Source: an uncultured Dehalococcoidaceae bacterium (GTDB taxonomy: Bacteria > Chloroflexota > Dehalococcoidia > Dehalococcoidales > RBG-16-60-22). Taken from it: 64,000 nt of DNA. How positions within the stretch are numbered: position 1 is the first letter of the stretch; each line of letters begins with the position of its first letter. Below are positions 37,986 through 48,281 of the stretch, in pieces. A program made the position numbers and the translations under genes. The notes below the pieces were generated by a model. The model was not told the DNA's origin and searched no databases. It saw nothing but the letters and a program-made list of their open reading frames with translations. Location of the stretch: NCBI GenBank assembly GCA_964558675.1, contig CAZLEY010000001.1, forward strand, positions 106,754 through 170,753. The letters run 5' to 3'.

Positions 37986-39086
37986 GTGCTGCGTATGACT
38001 CAAGGTATATTAACTTCAGAAATGTTAGCTAAAATTATTGATGGTTCTTCTATTCCGTCGTTTGTAATCGATAGACGACATCAAGTTACTTACTGGAACA
38101 CAGCCATTGAGGCTCTTTCTGATGTAAAAAGGGATGGGATAATCGGGACAGATGGCCAATGGAAGGCATTTTACACTGAAAAAAGGCCGGTTATGGCTGA
38201 CCTGGTAGTATCGGGAGCATCCGCGGATGAGATTGAAGAATACTATGGAAGTATATGCAAGAAGTCTAATCTGATTGATGGAGCCTATGAGGCCGAGGGT
38301 TTTTTCCAAGACCTTGGCAGGAGTGGCAAGTGGCTTCATTTTACGGCAAGCCCTATCAGGGGTAACGATGGAGAAATCATAGGTGCCATAGAGACACTGG
38401 AAGACATTACCGAGCGCAGGACCGCCGAGGACAATCTGCGCTATTTTTTACAGGAGATTACCAGGGCTCAGGAAGAGGAACGGAAACGCATTGCCCGGGA
38501 GCTTCACGATGACACGGCTCAGGTCCTGGGTTCTCTTTCGCGGCAACTGGATAACTTCATTCGGAAGAAGCATGGTTTTGCATCAAATGAGGTCTTATTT
38601 TTTAAAGACCTGCAAGCTCAGCTCAACCGTGGGGTGCAGGGGGTGTACCGGTTCATTAAGGCTCTGCGACCGCCTCTACTGGACGATTTAGGCCTCATAC
38701 CGGCATTGAGGTCGCTAACGACGAGCCTGCAAGAATGCGACGGGATAAATGCAGACCTGGAGGTACTTGGGGGAGAAAAACGTTTCCCGCCCCAAGTTGA
38801 ATTGCTGCTGTTCCGCATAGTCCAGGAGGCGCTTAACAACATCAGCCGGCATGCTCAGGCCTCAGAGGTACAGGTGGTAATCGAGACCGCTGATAATAAA
38901 ATCAAGGTGGTCATCAGTGACAATGGTCGAGGGTTTGAGCTATCGGGAGGAGTGGAAGACCTTCCCCGCAGCGGTAGGCTCGGCCTTGCCGGGATGCAGG
39001 AGCGGGCGCGGCTGCTGGGTGGCACTCTTGAAGTGAAGTCGGCACCAGGCAAGGGCACAACTCTAGTAGTAGAAGTGCTTCTTTAA
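37986..39086 (+). CDS. soluble PAS plus HisKA_3 sensor histidine kinase
   Basis: N-terminal PAS/PAC, EERKRIARELHD, QEALNNI..HA, DNGRGF, GLAGMQER; no TM segment. Confidence 0.93.
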   Translation: MLRMTQGILTSEMLAKIIDGSSIPSFVIDRRHQVTYWNTAIEALSDVKRDGIIGTDGQWKAFYTEKRPVMADLVVSGASADEIEEYYGSICKKSNLIDGAYEAEGFFQDLGRSGKWLHFTASPIRGNDGEIIGAIETLEDITERRTAEDNLRYFLQEITRAQEEERKRIARELHDDTAQVLGSLSRQLDNFIRKKHGFASNEVLFFKDLQAQLNRGVQGVYRFIKALRPPLLDDLGLIPALRSLTTSLQECDGINADLEVLGGEKRFPPQVELLLFRIVQEALNNISRHAQASEVQVVIETADNKIKVVISDNGRGFELSGGVEDLPRSGRLGLAGMQERARLLGGTLEVKSAPGKGTTLVVEVLL

Positions 39087-39175
39087 ATCGTGGCTCCGTG
39101 GGCCAGCTCCGGCATTCCTCTGTTCATGTCGTTTGTTGACTATATATTTCTCCTGGCCGTGTAATTGTTTCCTGC

Positions 39176-39679
39176 CTACTTCGTCCTGCCCTGTGGAGAC
39201 ACGGGCTTCAGGACACGTTTACCTGAAGTAGGCATTATTACCACGGTCATGGCGGGTCTCCTAACGTTCCTCCATATCTGCGGGAAATGTGCCACTCCCG
39301 GCGGTATATATATACTTGATGAGGTGTTGAATACGATTTTCTCCATATTCTCACCCTCACCTACCCAGAACTCGACCTCCGCTCCCAGGTCTCTGACATT
39401 CTTCGGGTCTGTGCCCAGAAAGAGAAATATCTCCTCGTAATCGTGCTTATGCGGTTCGGTAACCTCCCCGGCTCCGATAGTGAGGTCTCCGGATATTATC
39501 CCATATTCGACAATTGAATTGGCTTCTTCCACAAAATTCTTGGAAAATATCACCATTGGCCCGGTATCTACCGGACTTCTTATCGGTATATCGTCGGTTT
39601 CCGGCACTTCATCCGAATAATCCTCTTTGACAATCGCTGGTTTTCTTACCACGTATTTCTCATACTTCGACTCTGCCAT
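39176..39679 (-). CDS. cupin-fold metal-binding protein (MAESK family, paralogue 2)
   Basis: EPHKHDYEEIF and YIPPGVAHFP. Confidence 0.75.
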   Translation of the reverse strand: MAESKYEKYVVRKPAIVKEDYSDEVPETDDIPIRSPVDTGPMVIFSKNFVEEANSIVEYGIISGDLTIGAGEVTEPHKHDYEEIFLFLGTDPKNVRDLGAEVEFWVGEGENMEKIVFNTSSSIYIPPGVAHFPQIWRNVRRPAMTVVIMPTSGKRVLKPVSPQGRTK

Positions 39680-39953
39680 AGATTAACCCCCTTCTTATTG
39701 AATGTTTATATTTGTATACAGCATTATGGGATTCGGGTAATGTTGTAAGACATCCCCTGATATACCTTGACCGCCTGACAAGCGTATTATTCACAGGCGC
39801 ACTCGAAATGTCAACCACACTGCTACCAGGATAGGTACTGCCTGCATCACTTTGCCCGCAGGACGCGTTTATACTATATTCGTAATTTCTTATAACCTTG
39901 ACCGCTGTAGCCAGCACTCCTTATAATTACCACAAGGAGAATTAAACTTCACA

Positions 39954-41030
39954 ATGAAGACTGCCGTTGTAGTAGGGACCCGTCCGGAAATAATCAAGAT
40001 GTCTCCTGTTATCCGTGAGCTGGAAAAACGGCAGCGAGATTATTTCATCCTCCATACCGGTCAGCATTACTCTTATAATCTGGACAGGATTTTTATCGAC
40101 CAGTTAGAGTTGCCGCAGGCCAGATATAACCTGGAGGTCGGCTCATCATCTCACGCTGAGCAGACGGGTAAAATACTCGTCGGTGTGGAAAGGGTATTGC
40201 AGCAGGAAAATCCGGATGTCCTTCTGGCTGAGGGTGACACCAATTCCACTCTTGCCGCCGCCCTGGCAGCGGTCAAGCTCCGTATAGAAGTAGGCCATGT
40301 TGAGGCCGGTTTGAGAAGCTACGACAGAAATATGCCCGAAGAAGTAAATCGCGTCCTGGTTGACCATTGCTCCGATTTTCTGTTTGTTCCTACCGGGATG
40401 TCAAAAGCAATCCTGCAGGGAGAGGGTATCCCCGAAGAAAAGATATTCATAACCGGTAATACCATCGTTGACGCCGTTTACCAGAACCTGGAAATATCCA
40501 GGGGCAGCGCCGGTATCATAAACAGGCTGGGTTTACGGTCGAAGGAGTATGCCCTGATGACGCTCCACCGGCAGGAGAATGTAGACTACCAGGCGCGCTT
40601 CACCTCTATTCTGGAAGGCATTGAAAAGTCAGCTGTCGCCCTCAAGATGCCGGTGGTCTATCCTGTCCATCCCCGTTCCCGGAAGATGATGAAGGAGTTC
40701 AGGCTTCGCCCCCGGCGCCTTGTTCTGTCTGAGCCGGTAGACTTCCTCGACTTCCTGCAACTTGAGAGCAATGCCAGGCTGGTTCTTACCGATTCCGGTG
40801 GCGTCCAGGAAGAGGCTTGTATCCTCGGCGTCCCCTGTGTTACGCTGAGAGACAATACGGAGAGGCCGGAGACCATTGACGTTGGAGCCAACATACTGGC
40901 TGGCTCCTCGCCGGAACGAATACTCGAATGCGCCAGAATAATGCTTGATAGAGATAGCGGCTGGGATAATCCCTTTGGTGATGGGGAAGCCGGTAGAAGA
41001 ATCGTTGACTTACTGGAGGAAAAGACATGA
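39954..41030 (+). CDS. wecB: UDP-N-acetylglucosamine 2-epimerase (non-hydrolysing)
   Basis: GTRPEIIKMSP, HTGQHY, HVEAGLRS, PEE.NR, TLHRQEN, TDSGGVQEEA. Confidence 0.96.
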   Translation: MKTAVVVGTRPEIIKMSPVIRELEKRQRDYFILHTGQHYSYNLDRIFIDQLELPQARYNLEVGSSSHAEQTGKILVGVERVLQQENPDVLLAEGDTNSTLAAALAAVKLRIEVGHVEAGLRSYDRNMPEEVNRVLVDHCSDFLFVPTGMSKAILQGEGIPEEKIFITGNTIVDAVYQNLEISRGSAGIINRLGLRSKEYALMTLHRQENVDYQARFTSILEGIEKSAVALKMPVVYPVHPRSRKMMKEFRLRPRRLVLSEPVDFLDFLQLESNARLVLTDSGGVQEEACILGVPCVTLRDNTERPETIDVGANILAGSSPERILECARIMLDRDSGWDNPFGDGEAGRRIVDLLEEKT

Positions 41031-41941
41031 AGATACTGGTAACCGGTGGTCTGGGCGCGGTAGGTAAGCCATTATCAGAGGAATTGAAACGAAGAGGAAA
41101 CGAAGTCTGGATTGCCGACAGGGTACACTCCAGTGAGTCCAACTACATCAGATGTGATGTTGGTGAGTTTCACCAGGTTGAAAATCTCCTTACCGCAGTA
41201 GAATTTGACTATGTCTATCATCTGGCGGCGGAGTTCGGTCGCCGGAACGGCGAGGATTTTTACGAGAACCTGTGGCGGACGAATGCTATCGGCACCAAGC
41301 ATATCATCAGGATGCAGGAACGCCTCAAGTTCAGGATGATTATTACCAGCAGTTCTGAGGTCTATGGGGACTACCGGCAGGTTATGAGTGAGGACGTGAT
41401 GGATAAGGTAGCCATCAGGCAGATGAACGACTATGCCATGACTAAATGGGTCAACGAGATGCAGGTCCTAAACTCCGCAGACCGGTTCGGCACGGAAACA
41501 GTACGGGTAAGGCTTTTTAACACCTACGGCCCCGGAGAGTATTACTCCGAGTACCGGAGCGCCATCTGCGTGTTTATTTACAGGGCCCTCCATAATTTGC
41601 CTTATACCGTTTATGCCAAGCACAGGCGTACCTCTTCCTATATCGACGATACGGTCAGGACACTGGCTAATATTGCCGGGAAGTTTAAGCCCGGTGCGGT
41701 GTATAACATAGCCGGCAGTGAGCTGCACGATATGAAGCAGGCCTCCGATATCATCCTGAAATATCTGGGCAAGGATGAAAGCCTGGTGGAATATAAAGAT
41801 GCGCAGCCGGACACTACTCTCTACAAGAGGGTAGATGCTTCAAAGGCTGTCCGTGAGCTGGGGCATAAAAGCACGGTAAGCCTTGAGAAAGGTATTCCCA
41901 TGACTATCGACTGGCAGAAAGAGGTATATGGCCGTGTCTAA
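41027..41941 (+). CDS. NAD-dependent nucleotide-sugar epimerase/dehydratase
   Basis: TGGLGAVG, SSSEVYG, YAMTK, RLFNTYGP. Confidence 0.88.
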   Translation: MKILVTGGLGAVGKPLSEELKRRGNEVWIADRVHSSESNYIRCDVGEFHQVENLLTAVEFDYVYHLAAEFGRRNGEDFYENLWRTNAIGTKHIIRMQERLKFRMIITSSSEVYGDYRQVMSEDVMDKVAIRQMNDYAMTKWVNEMQVLNSADRFGTETVRVRLFNTYGPGEYYSEYRSAICVFIYRALHNLPYTVYAKHRRTSSYIDDTVRTLANIAGKFKPGAVYNIAGSELHDMKQASDIILKYLGKDESLVEYKDAQPDTTLYKRVDASKAVRELGHKSTVSLEKGIPMTIDWQKEVYGRV

Positions 41942-43154
41942 GAAAATCGTTGTAATGGGTACCGGATATGTTGGCTTACCTCTGGCTATCATGCTGGCCC
42001 GTGTTGGCTACAAGGTAATCGGCGTCGACATTGAGGAAAATGTGGTTAAAGCTATCAATGAAGGAGTACTGAACCTGGCCGAGGAGGAAGTCAGGCAGAT
42101 TTTTAAGGAACCCCGGGTGAGAAAAAACCTTCGTGCGCAGAAAACTCCCTGTGAAGCAGATGTCTTCATCATCTCCGTGCCCACGCCGCTGGATGAAAGG
42201 AAAAGGGTGGCTGACCTTTCGCAGGTTATCAGTGCTGTGGAATCTATCTTATCTTACCTGCGTTCAGGCAATCTGGTAATCGTAGAAAGTACCGTCCCCA
42301 TGCTCACCTGCTGTAATATCATTGCACCTCTTCTTGAAAAGACAGGGCTTAAATTGGGTAAAGACATTTTCCTCTGTCACTGCCCGGAAAGGATTCTCCC
42401 CGGCGAAGTGTTTGAGGAAATCGTGAATAATGACAGGGTTATCGGCGGACTTGATGGTAAAGCCGCTGAGATGACTAGGGAGATTTATGCCTCCTTTGTC
42501 AAAGGCAATCTATATCTAACCGATGATGTTACCGCCGAACTGGTGAAGCTTATGGAAAATACCTGTAGGGATGTGAATATTGCCCTGGCAAATGAGTTCG
42601 CCGCCGTGGCTGAGGGACTCGGGGTGGATATTGTACAGGCTATTGAACTGGCCAACAAGCATCCGAGGATAAACATATTGAAGCCCGGCATCGGTGCCGG
42701 CGGCCACTGCATTCCCGTTGACCCGTGGTTTATCAAGGAAATCGACCCGGTAAACTCCCGGCTCATCCATACCGCCCGTCTTATTAATGATGAGGTTCCC
42801 TATAAGCTGGCTGCCAAAATCAGGCATGTCCTGAAGGATATCAAAAATCCACGGATAGTAGCGCTGGGCATAACCTACAAACCGGATACATATGATACCA
42901 GGAACAGCCCGGCGCTCAAAATTATTGAACTGCTTAAGGGTGACGGCTATAAGGTAGTAGCTTATGACCCGCTGGTAGCAGGCTATCAATATACCTCCAT
43001 CGAAGAAATAGCCAGAGGTGCGGATTGTCTGGTGGTGCTCGTCGAGCACAGGGTTATCAAAGAAGAACTTGCCCTCACAGAGACTGAGATAACGAAAGCC
43101 ATGCGCAAGCCTCTGGTGTTGAGATTTTATCCTGAACCGGCAACGAGCTTATAA
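41928..43154 (+). CDS. wecC: nucleotide-sugar dehydrogenase, probable UDP-ManNAc dehydrogenase
   Basis: GTGYVGLP, ESTV, CPERILPG, K..EN..RDVNIA.ANE, GGHCIPVDP; in operon with wecB. Confidence 0.8.
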   Translation: MAVSKKIVVMGTGYVGLPLAIMLARVGYKVIGVDIEENVVKAINEGVLNLAEEEVRQIFKEPRVRKNLRAQKTPCEADVFIISVPTPLDERKRVADLSQVISAVESILSYLRSGNLVIVESTVPMLTCCNIIAPLLEKTGLKLGKDIFLCHCPERILPGEVFEEIVNNDRVIGGLDGKAAEMTREIYASFVKGNLYLTDDVTAELVKLMENTCRDVNIALANEFAAVAEGLGVDIVQAIELANKHPRINILKPGIGAGGHCIPVDPWFIKEIDPVNSRLIHTARLINDEVPYKLAAKIRHVLKDIKNPRIVALGITYKPDTYDTRNSPALKIIELLKGDGYKVVAYDPLVAGYQYTSIEEIARGADCLVVLVEHRVIKEELALTETEITKAMRKPLVLRFYPEPATSL

Positions 43155-43291
43155 TACCGAAAGGAAAACTGGCTAATAAGGCCGGGGTATTTTTAACTCT
43201 TACTGGCACTATGATTAAGTAGTGGCCAAACTCCTTGTTAATTGGTAGGATATATGACATAATTTACCAAGCCTGATTGTCTGCAGGGTTG

Positions 43292-43307
43292 CTATCTACG
43301 TAGATAG
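43292..43307. promoter_or_regulatory. perfect 16-bp palindrome upstream of aglB (operator candidate)
   Basis: CTATCTAC|GTAGATAG, 12 bp before ATG43320. Confidence 0.45.
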
Positions 43308-43319
43308 TTAAAAAAGACT

Positions 43320-45740
43320 ATGAGTAGATTAACTCCAAAAATCGTTATCGGTGCCTTATTAGCCATATTCTTCGGCGTTTCCCTGATTTACCGGACTGTT
43401 CTACCCTCTGACCAGATATTTGTTGGTGATTGGATAAAGTTCTCCAGTATTGATGCATACTACCACATGCGCCTGGTTGATAATTTGGTTCATAACTTCC
43501 CCAGCCTTACCAGCTTTGACCCCTTTTTCATATATCCGGGTGGCGTCAGCGTCAGCGGTGTTCATTTCTTTGACTGGCTTCTGGCTGGTATTATCTGGAT
43601 AGTTGGCCTGGGTTCGCCTACCCAGCATACCATTGATGTAGTTGGCGTGTATTTCCCCGCGGTCCTGGCTGCCCTGACGGTTATCCCCGTTTACTTCATC
43701 GGCAAGGCGTTGTTTAACCGCTGGGCAGGAGTCATCGCAGCTGCCCTGATGGCTATTCTACCCGGCGAGTTCATGGGACGCTCCATACTCGGCTTCGCTG
43801 ACCAACATATCGCCGAGACCCTGTTCAGCATGGTGGCTGTCCTCTTCCTGATTCTGGCAATAAAAGCGGCCGGGCAGAGGCAATTGACCTTTGATGCTCT
43901 CAGAAAACGTAACTGGAAAACAATCGCCAGTCCGCTTGTGTACAGCTTGCTGGCCGGCTTTTTCCTCGGCCTGTATCTCATTACCTGGATAGGGGGTATG
44001 TTCTTTGTTTTTATCATTACCCTGTATTTTGTGATTCAATTTATGATTAACCACATAAAACATAAATCCTGTGACCATCTGGGTATCATTGGTATTATTT
44101 TATTCCTGGTTGCCCTTATATTCTATTTACCGTTTTCACCTCCCAGAGAACTCTCTATCGCCATGGTTATAGCTTTGTTCATTCCTTTGGTGTTATATGG
44201 TATATCCTGGTTTTTTAACGGTAAAGGGTTAAAAGCATTTTACTATCCGCTAACTCTAATTGTGGTCGGGGGAATATTTGTTGGTATTTTCTATGCCATT
44301 ACCCCGAATACTATTAGCGCGATGTTGACGAAGTTCGGGATGGTCTTTACTCCCGGAGGGGCTATGGGGGCCACCACTCTTGAAATGCAGCCCTTCCTTT
44401 CGCCGCAGGGCAGCTTCTCGACACTGGTAGCCTGGGGCAACTTTACTACAAACTTTTTCCTGGTAAAAGGTTGGCCGATTCCAGGCTTTGGTATCATATC
44501 TTTCATTGTCTTGATATGGCTCTTTATCAAGCGACGCGGCGACGAGCAACACTGGCTTCTTTTTCTTGTCTGGACTCTGGTAATTCTGATAGCTACGCTG
44601 ACGCAACGCCGTTTCGCCTATTACCTCGTTGTTAATATCGCCCTGCTCTCCGCCTACCTGTCATGGCAGATAATCTGGCTGGCTGGTCTCAGGAAGTTGT
44701 TGGCCAGGACTGAAGGAGCTACGGCGGAACCGCTAGCAGATACCAGAAGAGGCAAGATAAAAAAGCGTTCTAAAGAGGGCGGAGGCATTACCGGGTACCA
44801 TATAAATATAATGCTGACAGCCTTAGCCATAATTGCGGTCTTCTTCTGTGTTCTCTATCCGAACATTAGCAAATCGAAGGAAGTTGCTTCGTCAGCAAGC
44901 TTCGCTCCTTCCAACGCCTGGCAGGAGTCCCTCCTCTGGATGAAGGATAATACCCCGGAACCGCTGGGTAACCCTGATGCTTATTACGGTCTTTACGAAC
45001 CTCCGAGACAGGGGGGAGGATTTAAATACCCTGAATCAGCCTATGGTGTCACGTCCTGGTGGGATTATGGCTACTGGATTTCGCGCACCGCCCACCGTAT
45101 ACCCAGTGCCAATCCCTCTCAAGAGGCGAAGCCGATAAAACAGGTAGCAGAACTCTTCCTGTCCCGTGAGGAGCCCGGAAATCAGGAAGCAATTGAGATA
45201 GTAGAAGAACTGGACTCGTCTTACATCATAATTGACCACGCCATAGCTACCAGCAAGTTCTGGGCCGTAGTCACCTGGGCAGAACAGGCGCAGGGTATAT
45301 ATACCGATGTCTACTACATACCATATCAGGAGCGTTTGATAGCCAAGGAGTTCTATTATCCGGAGTACTACCGCACTTTGTGTGTCCGACTGTATAATTT
45401 TGATGGTAAAGCTGTAAGCAAGGGGAAACCAACGGTAATTACATATAATGAGGTGGCTGGTAATGACGGTCAAATCTATAGAGTTATTACGCAGGCAGAG
45501 GAATTTCCAAGCTACCAGGAAGCTCTTGATTATATGGAAAGCCAGGAAGAGGCTAACCAGAGAATAGTTGGCGTTAACCCATTTATCAGCCCCGTATCTC
45601 TTGAAGCATTGGAAGACTTCCAGATAATTTACAGCTCAGAGTATTCAACAATACACCAGGATCTGGGCATAATACCGGAATTAGAAATGACCAGGGCATC
45701 GGTGCCTGAAGTTAAGATATTTGAATATATTGGAGATTAG
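43320..45740 (+). CDS. aglB: oligosaccharyltransferase STT3/AglB, archaeal-type
   Basis: ~13 TM segments; DAYYH, GFADQH..E, TTLEMQP, QRRFAYY, WWDYG and DHAIATSK motifs. Confidence 0.93.
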   Translation: MSRLTPKIVIGALLAIFFGVSLIYRTVLPSDQIFVGDWIKFSSIDAYYHMRLVDNLVHNFPSLTSFDPFFIYPGGVSVSGVHFFDWLLAGIIWIVGLGSPTQHTIDVVGVYFPAVLAALTVIPVYFIGKALFNRWAGVIAAALMAILPGEFMGRSILGFADQHIAETLFSMVAVLFLILAIKAAGQRQLTFDALRKRNWKTIASPLVYSLLAGFFLGLYLITWIGGMFFVFIITLYFVIQFMINHIKHKSCDHLGIIGIILFLVALIFYLPFSPPRELSIAMVIALFIPLVLYGISWFFNGKGLKAFYYPLTLIVVGGIFVGIFYAITPNTISAMLTKFGMVFTPGGAMGATTLEMQPFLSPQGSFSTLVAWGNFTTNFFLVKGWPIPGFGIISFIVLIWLFIKRRGDEQHWLLFLVWTLVILIATLTQRRFAYYLVVNIALLSAYLSWQIIWLAGLRKLLARTEGATAEPLADTRRGKIKKRSKEGGGITGYHINIMLTALAIIAVFFCVLYPNISKSKEVASSASFAPSNAWQESLLWMKDNTPEPLGNPDAYYGLYEPPRQGGGFKYPESAYGVTSWWDYGYWISRTAHRIPSANPSQEAKPIKQVAELFLSREEPGNQEAIEIVEELDSSYIIIDHAIATSKFWAVVTWAEQAQGIYTDVYYIPYQERLIAKEFYYPEYYRTLCVRLYNFDGKAVSKGKPTVITYNEVAGNDGQIYRVITQAEEFPSYQEALDYMESQEEANQRIVGVNPFISPVSLEALEDFQIIYSSEYSTIHQDLGIIPELEMTRASVPEVKIFEYIGD

Positions 45741-45928
45741 TCGGGTTATAGTGTGGTTGGACCTGTGGTTCTGAATAGTAAATATCAATAGCGAAAGCCT
45801 GCCTGCCTCGTATTGTCAGTGATAGTCTTAGCCTTCTAGATGACTATTATTCCGGGACTCTGTTGTGTACTTTTCGGGTTTGCTTAGATGATTGGGTGCC
45901 CTACAGTACTTCTGTTATAATAATGCAA

Positions 45929-47101
45929 ATGAGGATTTTACATGTATTTGATTTCTTTTCATTGCCTCATGGTGGTGGCATTGTGGATTTATTATACTGG
46001 CTCTCACAATCCTTAAAACAGCGAGGGCATGAAGTCGATATATATACCAGCGACTTTGAACTGGACCGAGGGTACATAAATTCACTGCAGGGAGTAAAGG
46101 TTTATCCTTTTCATAGCTGGTTCCATGTGTCGGGGATACATGTCATGCCGGGCATAATTGCCGAAGCCGGAAAAAAGCTCAGAAATTTTGATATTATTCA
46201 CCTCCACGCCTACCGCAGCTTTCAGAATGTAGTAATACATCGCTATGCCAGGAAATACAATATACCATACATTATAGATGCTCACGGCGCGATCCTGAGA
46301 ATAGGCCGGGGTAATAAAGGATTGAAGCAATTACTCAAGTGGATATATGATGTGGCTTTTGGTAACAGGATACTGAGAGATAGCGGTAAAGTTATCGCCC
46401 AGAATGAAATGGAGGCCAGTCAATATAGGGAAGCCGGCGTGAGCCAGAGTAAAATCATCCAGCTTCCCCTGCCGTTCGCTACCGGGGAGTTTGCCCGGTT
46501 GCCGTCAGGTGGGCTCTTCAGGCGCAGGTTTGATATTGAACAGAAGCATATAGTTCTATATTTAGGCAGGATACACTGGATAAAGGGGCTTGATTTCTTG
46601 ATTGAGTCATTTTATGAGTTGACCAAACTCAGGAACGATGTTGTGTTGGCGATGGTGGGTGCTGATGACGGTTATAAAAGTACTCTGGAAAAGATGATAT
46701 ACAGGTTACATTTATCAAATGGGGTTTTATTTACCGGATTTCTCAAGGGAGAAGAGAAGCTATCGGCAATGGTGGATGCTGATTTACTGGTGCAGACCTC
46801 TGTGTATGAGCAGAGTTCCAAGACGCCTTTTGAGGCGATATTGTGTAATACCCCTGTTATCGTCAGTAAGGATACGGGCGCCGGGGATGATGTAGCCAAG
46901 ATTGACGCCGGATATCTGGTGGAATACGGCGATAAAAGCGAGTTAGTAGATAGGATACAGTATATTCTCGATAATCCCGATAAAGCTCAGTCTAAAACAC
47001 AAAGGGCCAAAAAATACATAGAGGCTAATCTGTCCCTGACCAGTCAGACAGAGAAATACGAGAAGCTTTATCAGGAAGTAACAGAAAGTCATAAGATGTG
47101 A
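45929..47101 (+). CDS. GT4 glycosyltransferase
   Basis: PHGGGIV, HLH, LYLGRIHWIKG, EAILCNTPV; start ATG45923 or 45929 rather than TTG45863. Confidence 0.88.
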   Translation: MRILHVFDFFSLPHGGGIVDLLYWLSQSLKQRGHEVDIYTSDFELDRGYINSLQGVKVYPFHSWFHVSGIHVMPGIIAEAGKKLRNFDIIHLHAYRSFQNVVIHRYARKYNIPYIIDAHGAILRIGRGNKGLKQLLKWIYDVAFGNRILRDSGKVIAQNEMEASQYREAGVSQSKIIQLPLPFATGEFARLPSGGLFRRRFDIEQKHIVLYLGRIHWIKGLDFLIESFYELTKLRNDVVLAMVGADDGYKSTLEKMIYRLHLSNGVLFTGFLKGEEKLSAMVDADLLVQTSVYEQSSKTPFEAILCNTPVIVSKDTGAGDDVAKIDAGYLVEYGDKSELVDRIQYILDNPDKAQSKTQRAKKYIEANLSLTSQTEKYEKLYQEVTESHKM

Positions 47102-48228
47102 ACATGAAGAAGGAGCGGCAGAATATTGGTCTGGTTACCTTCCCCATATCCAAAACGGGGAATATTCCCTTATCGAATCTTGTGGACATCCTGAGCGCCT
47201 TTTCAACCTGCGTCTATGTTATCACCGGCAATGAAGCAAATATTTACCCTAAAGAGCACCGGCAAGTGCGTGTCTACAGGATAGACCACAAGACGGGGAA
47301 GAATGCCCTTACCAGAGTTATTAGCTATATTTACACCCAGTTAAGGATTTGTTACCAATTAGTGAGGCTATCAAGAGACGTTAAGCTGTGGTTTTTCTTT
47401 ATTGGGGGAGAGGGCTTACTGCTACCTATAGTAACCGCCAAGTTATTGCGAAGGCAGGTATTGCTAGCCTTAGCTGGCTTCCCAGAGAGTCTGAGCAAAG
47501 AGGAAAAAGACTCGCTTTTTAAAATAACGGGTTTACTGGCACGTATTAACCTGGCTCTCTCAGACAGAATTATTGTGTATTCAGAAAGGATTATTACCGA
47601 GCGTAATTTAGAGAAACACAGAAATAAGATTTCCATAGCTTATAAGCATTTCCTGGATTTCGATGCATTTAAAATGCAGAAGCCCTTGAGCGAAAGACCA
47701 AATTTGGTCGGCTACATAGGGAGGTTGAGTAAGGCAAAGGGAATCACAAATCTTATGGAAGCAATTCCCAAGATATTGGAGAGGGAAAGCGGCGCCCACT
47801 TTTTGATAGGAGGTGAGGGAGAGCTACGGAGTAAAGTCGAGGAATACTTGAGTAAAGGAGATTTAAGCACTAAAGTTAAGTTCACCGGCTGGATTCCTCA
47901 TGAGGATGTTCCGAAGTGTTTGACAGAGCTGAAATTACTCGTTTTGCCCTCATATACTGAGGGTCTGCCCAACATCGTACTGGAAGCTATGGCTTGTGGG
48001 ACGCCAGTGCTAGCCACGGCGGTTGGTGCTATACCGGATGTAGTAAAGGACTGTGAAACAGGTTTTATTCTAGAGGACAATTCGCCCGAGTGTATTGCCA
48101 GGAATATCAGCCGAGTTCTTAATCACCCGAACCTTGAGGAAATCACTAGGAATGCGCGTGCTCTTGTTGAGAAGGAATATGACTATAATGTAGTTATGGA
48201 GAAATATAGAGGTATTTTAGCTGACTGA
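47098..48228 (+). CDS. GT4 glycosyltransferase
   Basis: YIGRLSKAKG, PSYTEGLPNIVLEAMACG. Confidence 0.92.
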   Translation: MNMKKERQNIGLVTFPISKTGNIPLSNLVDILSAFSTCVYVITGNEANIYPKEHRQVRVYRIDHKTGKNALTRVISYIYTQLRICYQLVRLSRDVKLWFFFIGGEGLLLPIVTAKLLRRQVLLALAGFPESLSKEEKDSLFKITGLLARINLALSDRIIVYSERIITERNLEKHRNKISIAYKHFLDFDAFKMQKPLSERPNLVGYIGRLSKAKGITNLMEAIPKILERESGAHFLIGGEGELRSKVEEYLSKGDLSTKVKFTGWIPHEDVPKCLTELKLLVLPSYTEGLPNIVLEAMACGTPVLATAVGAIPDVVKDCETGFILEDNSPECIARNISRVLNHPNLEEITRNARALVEKEYDYNVVMEKYRGILAD

Positions 48229-48281
48229 AAAATCATGAACTTAAGCTGAGATTCTCTTTTAGTCTGGGGGTTTTCAAAATA

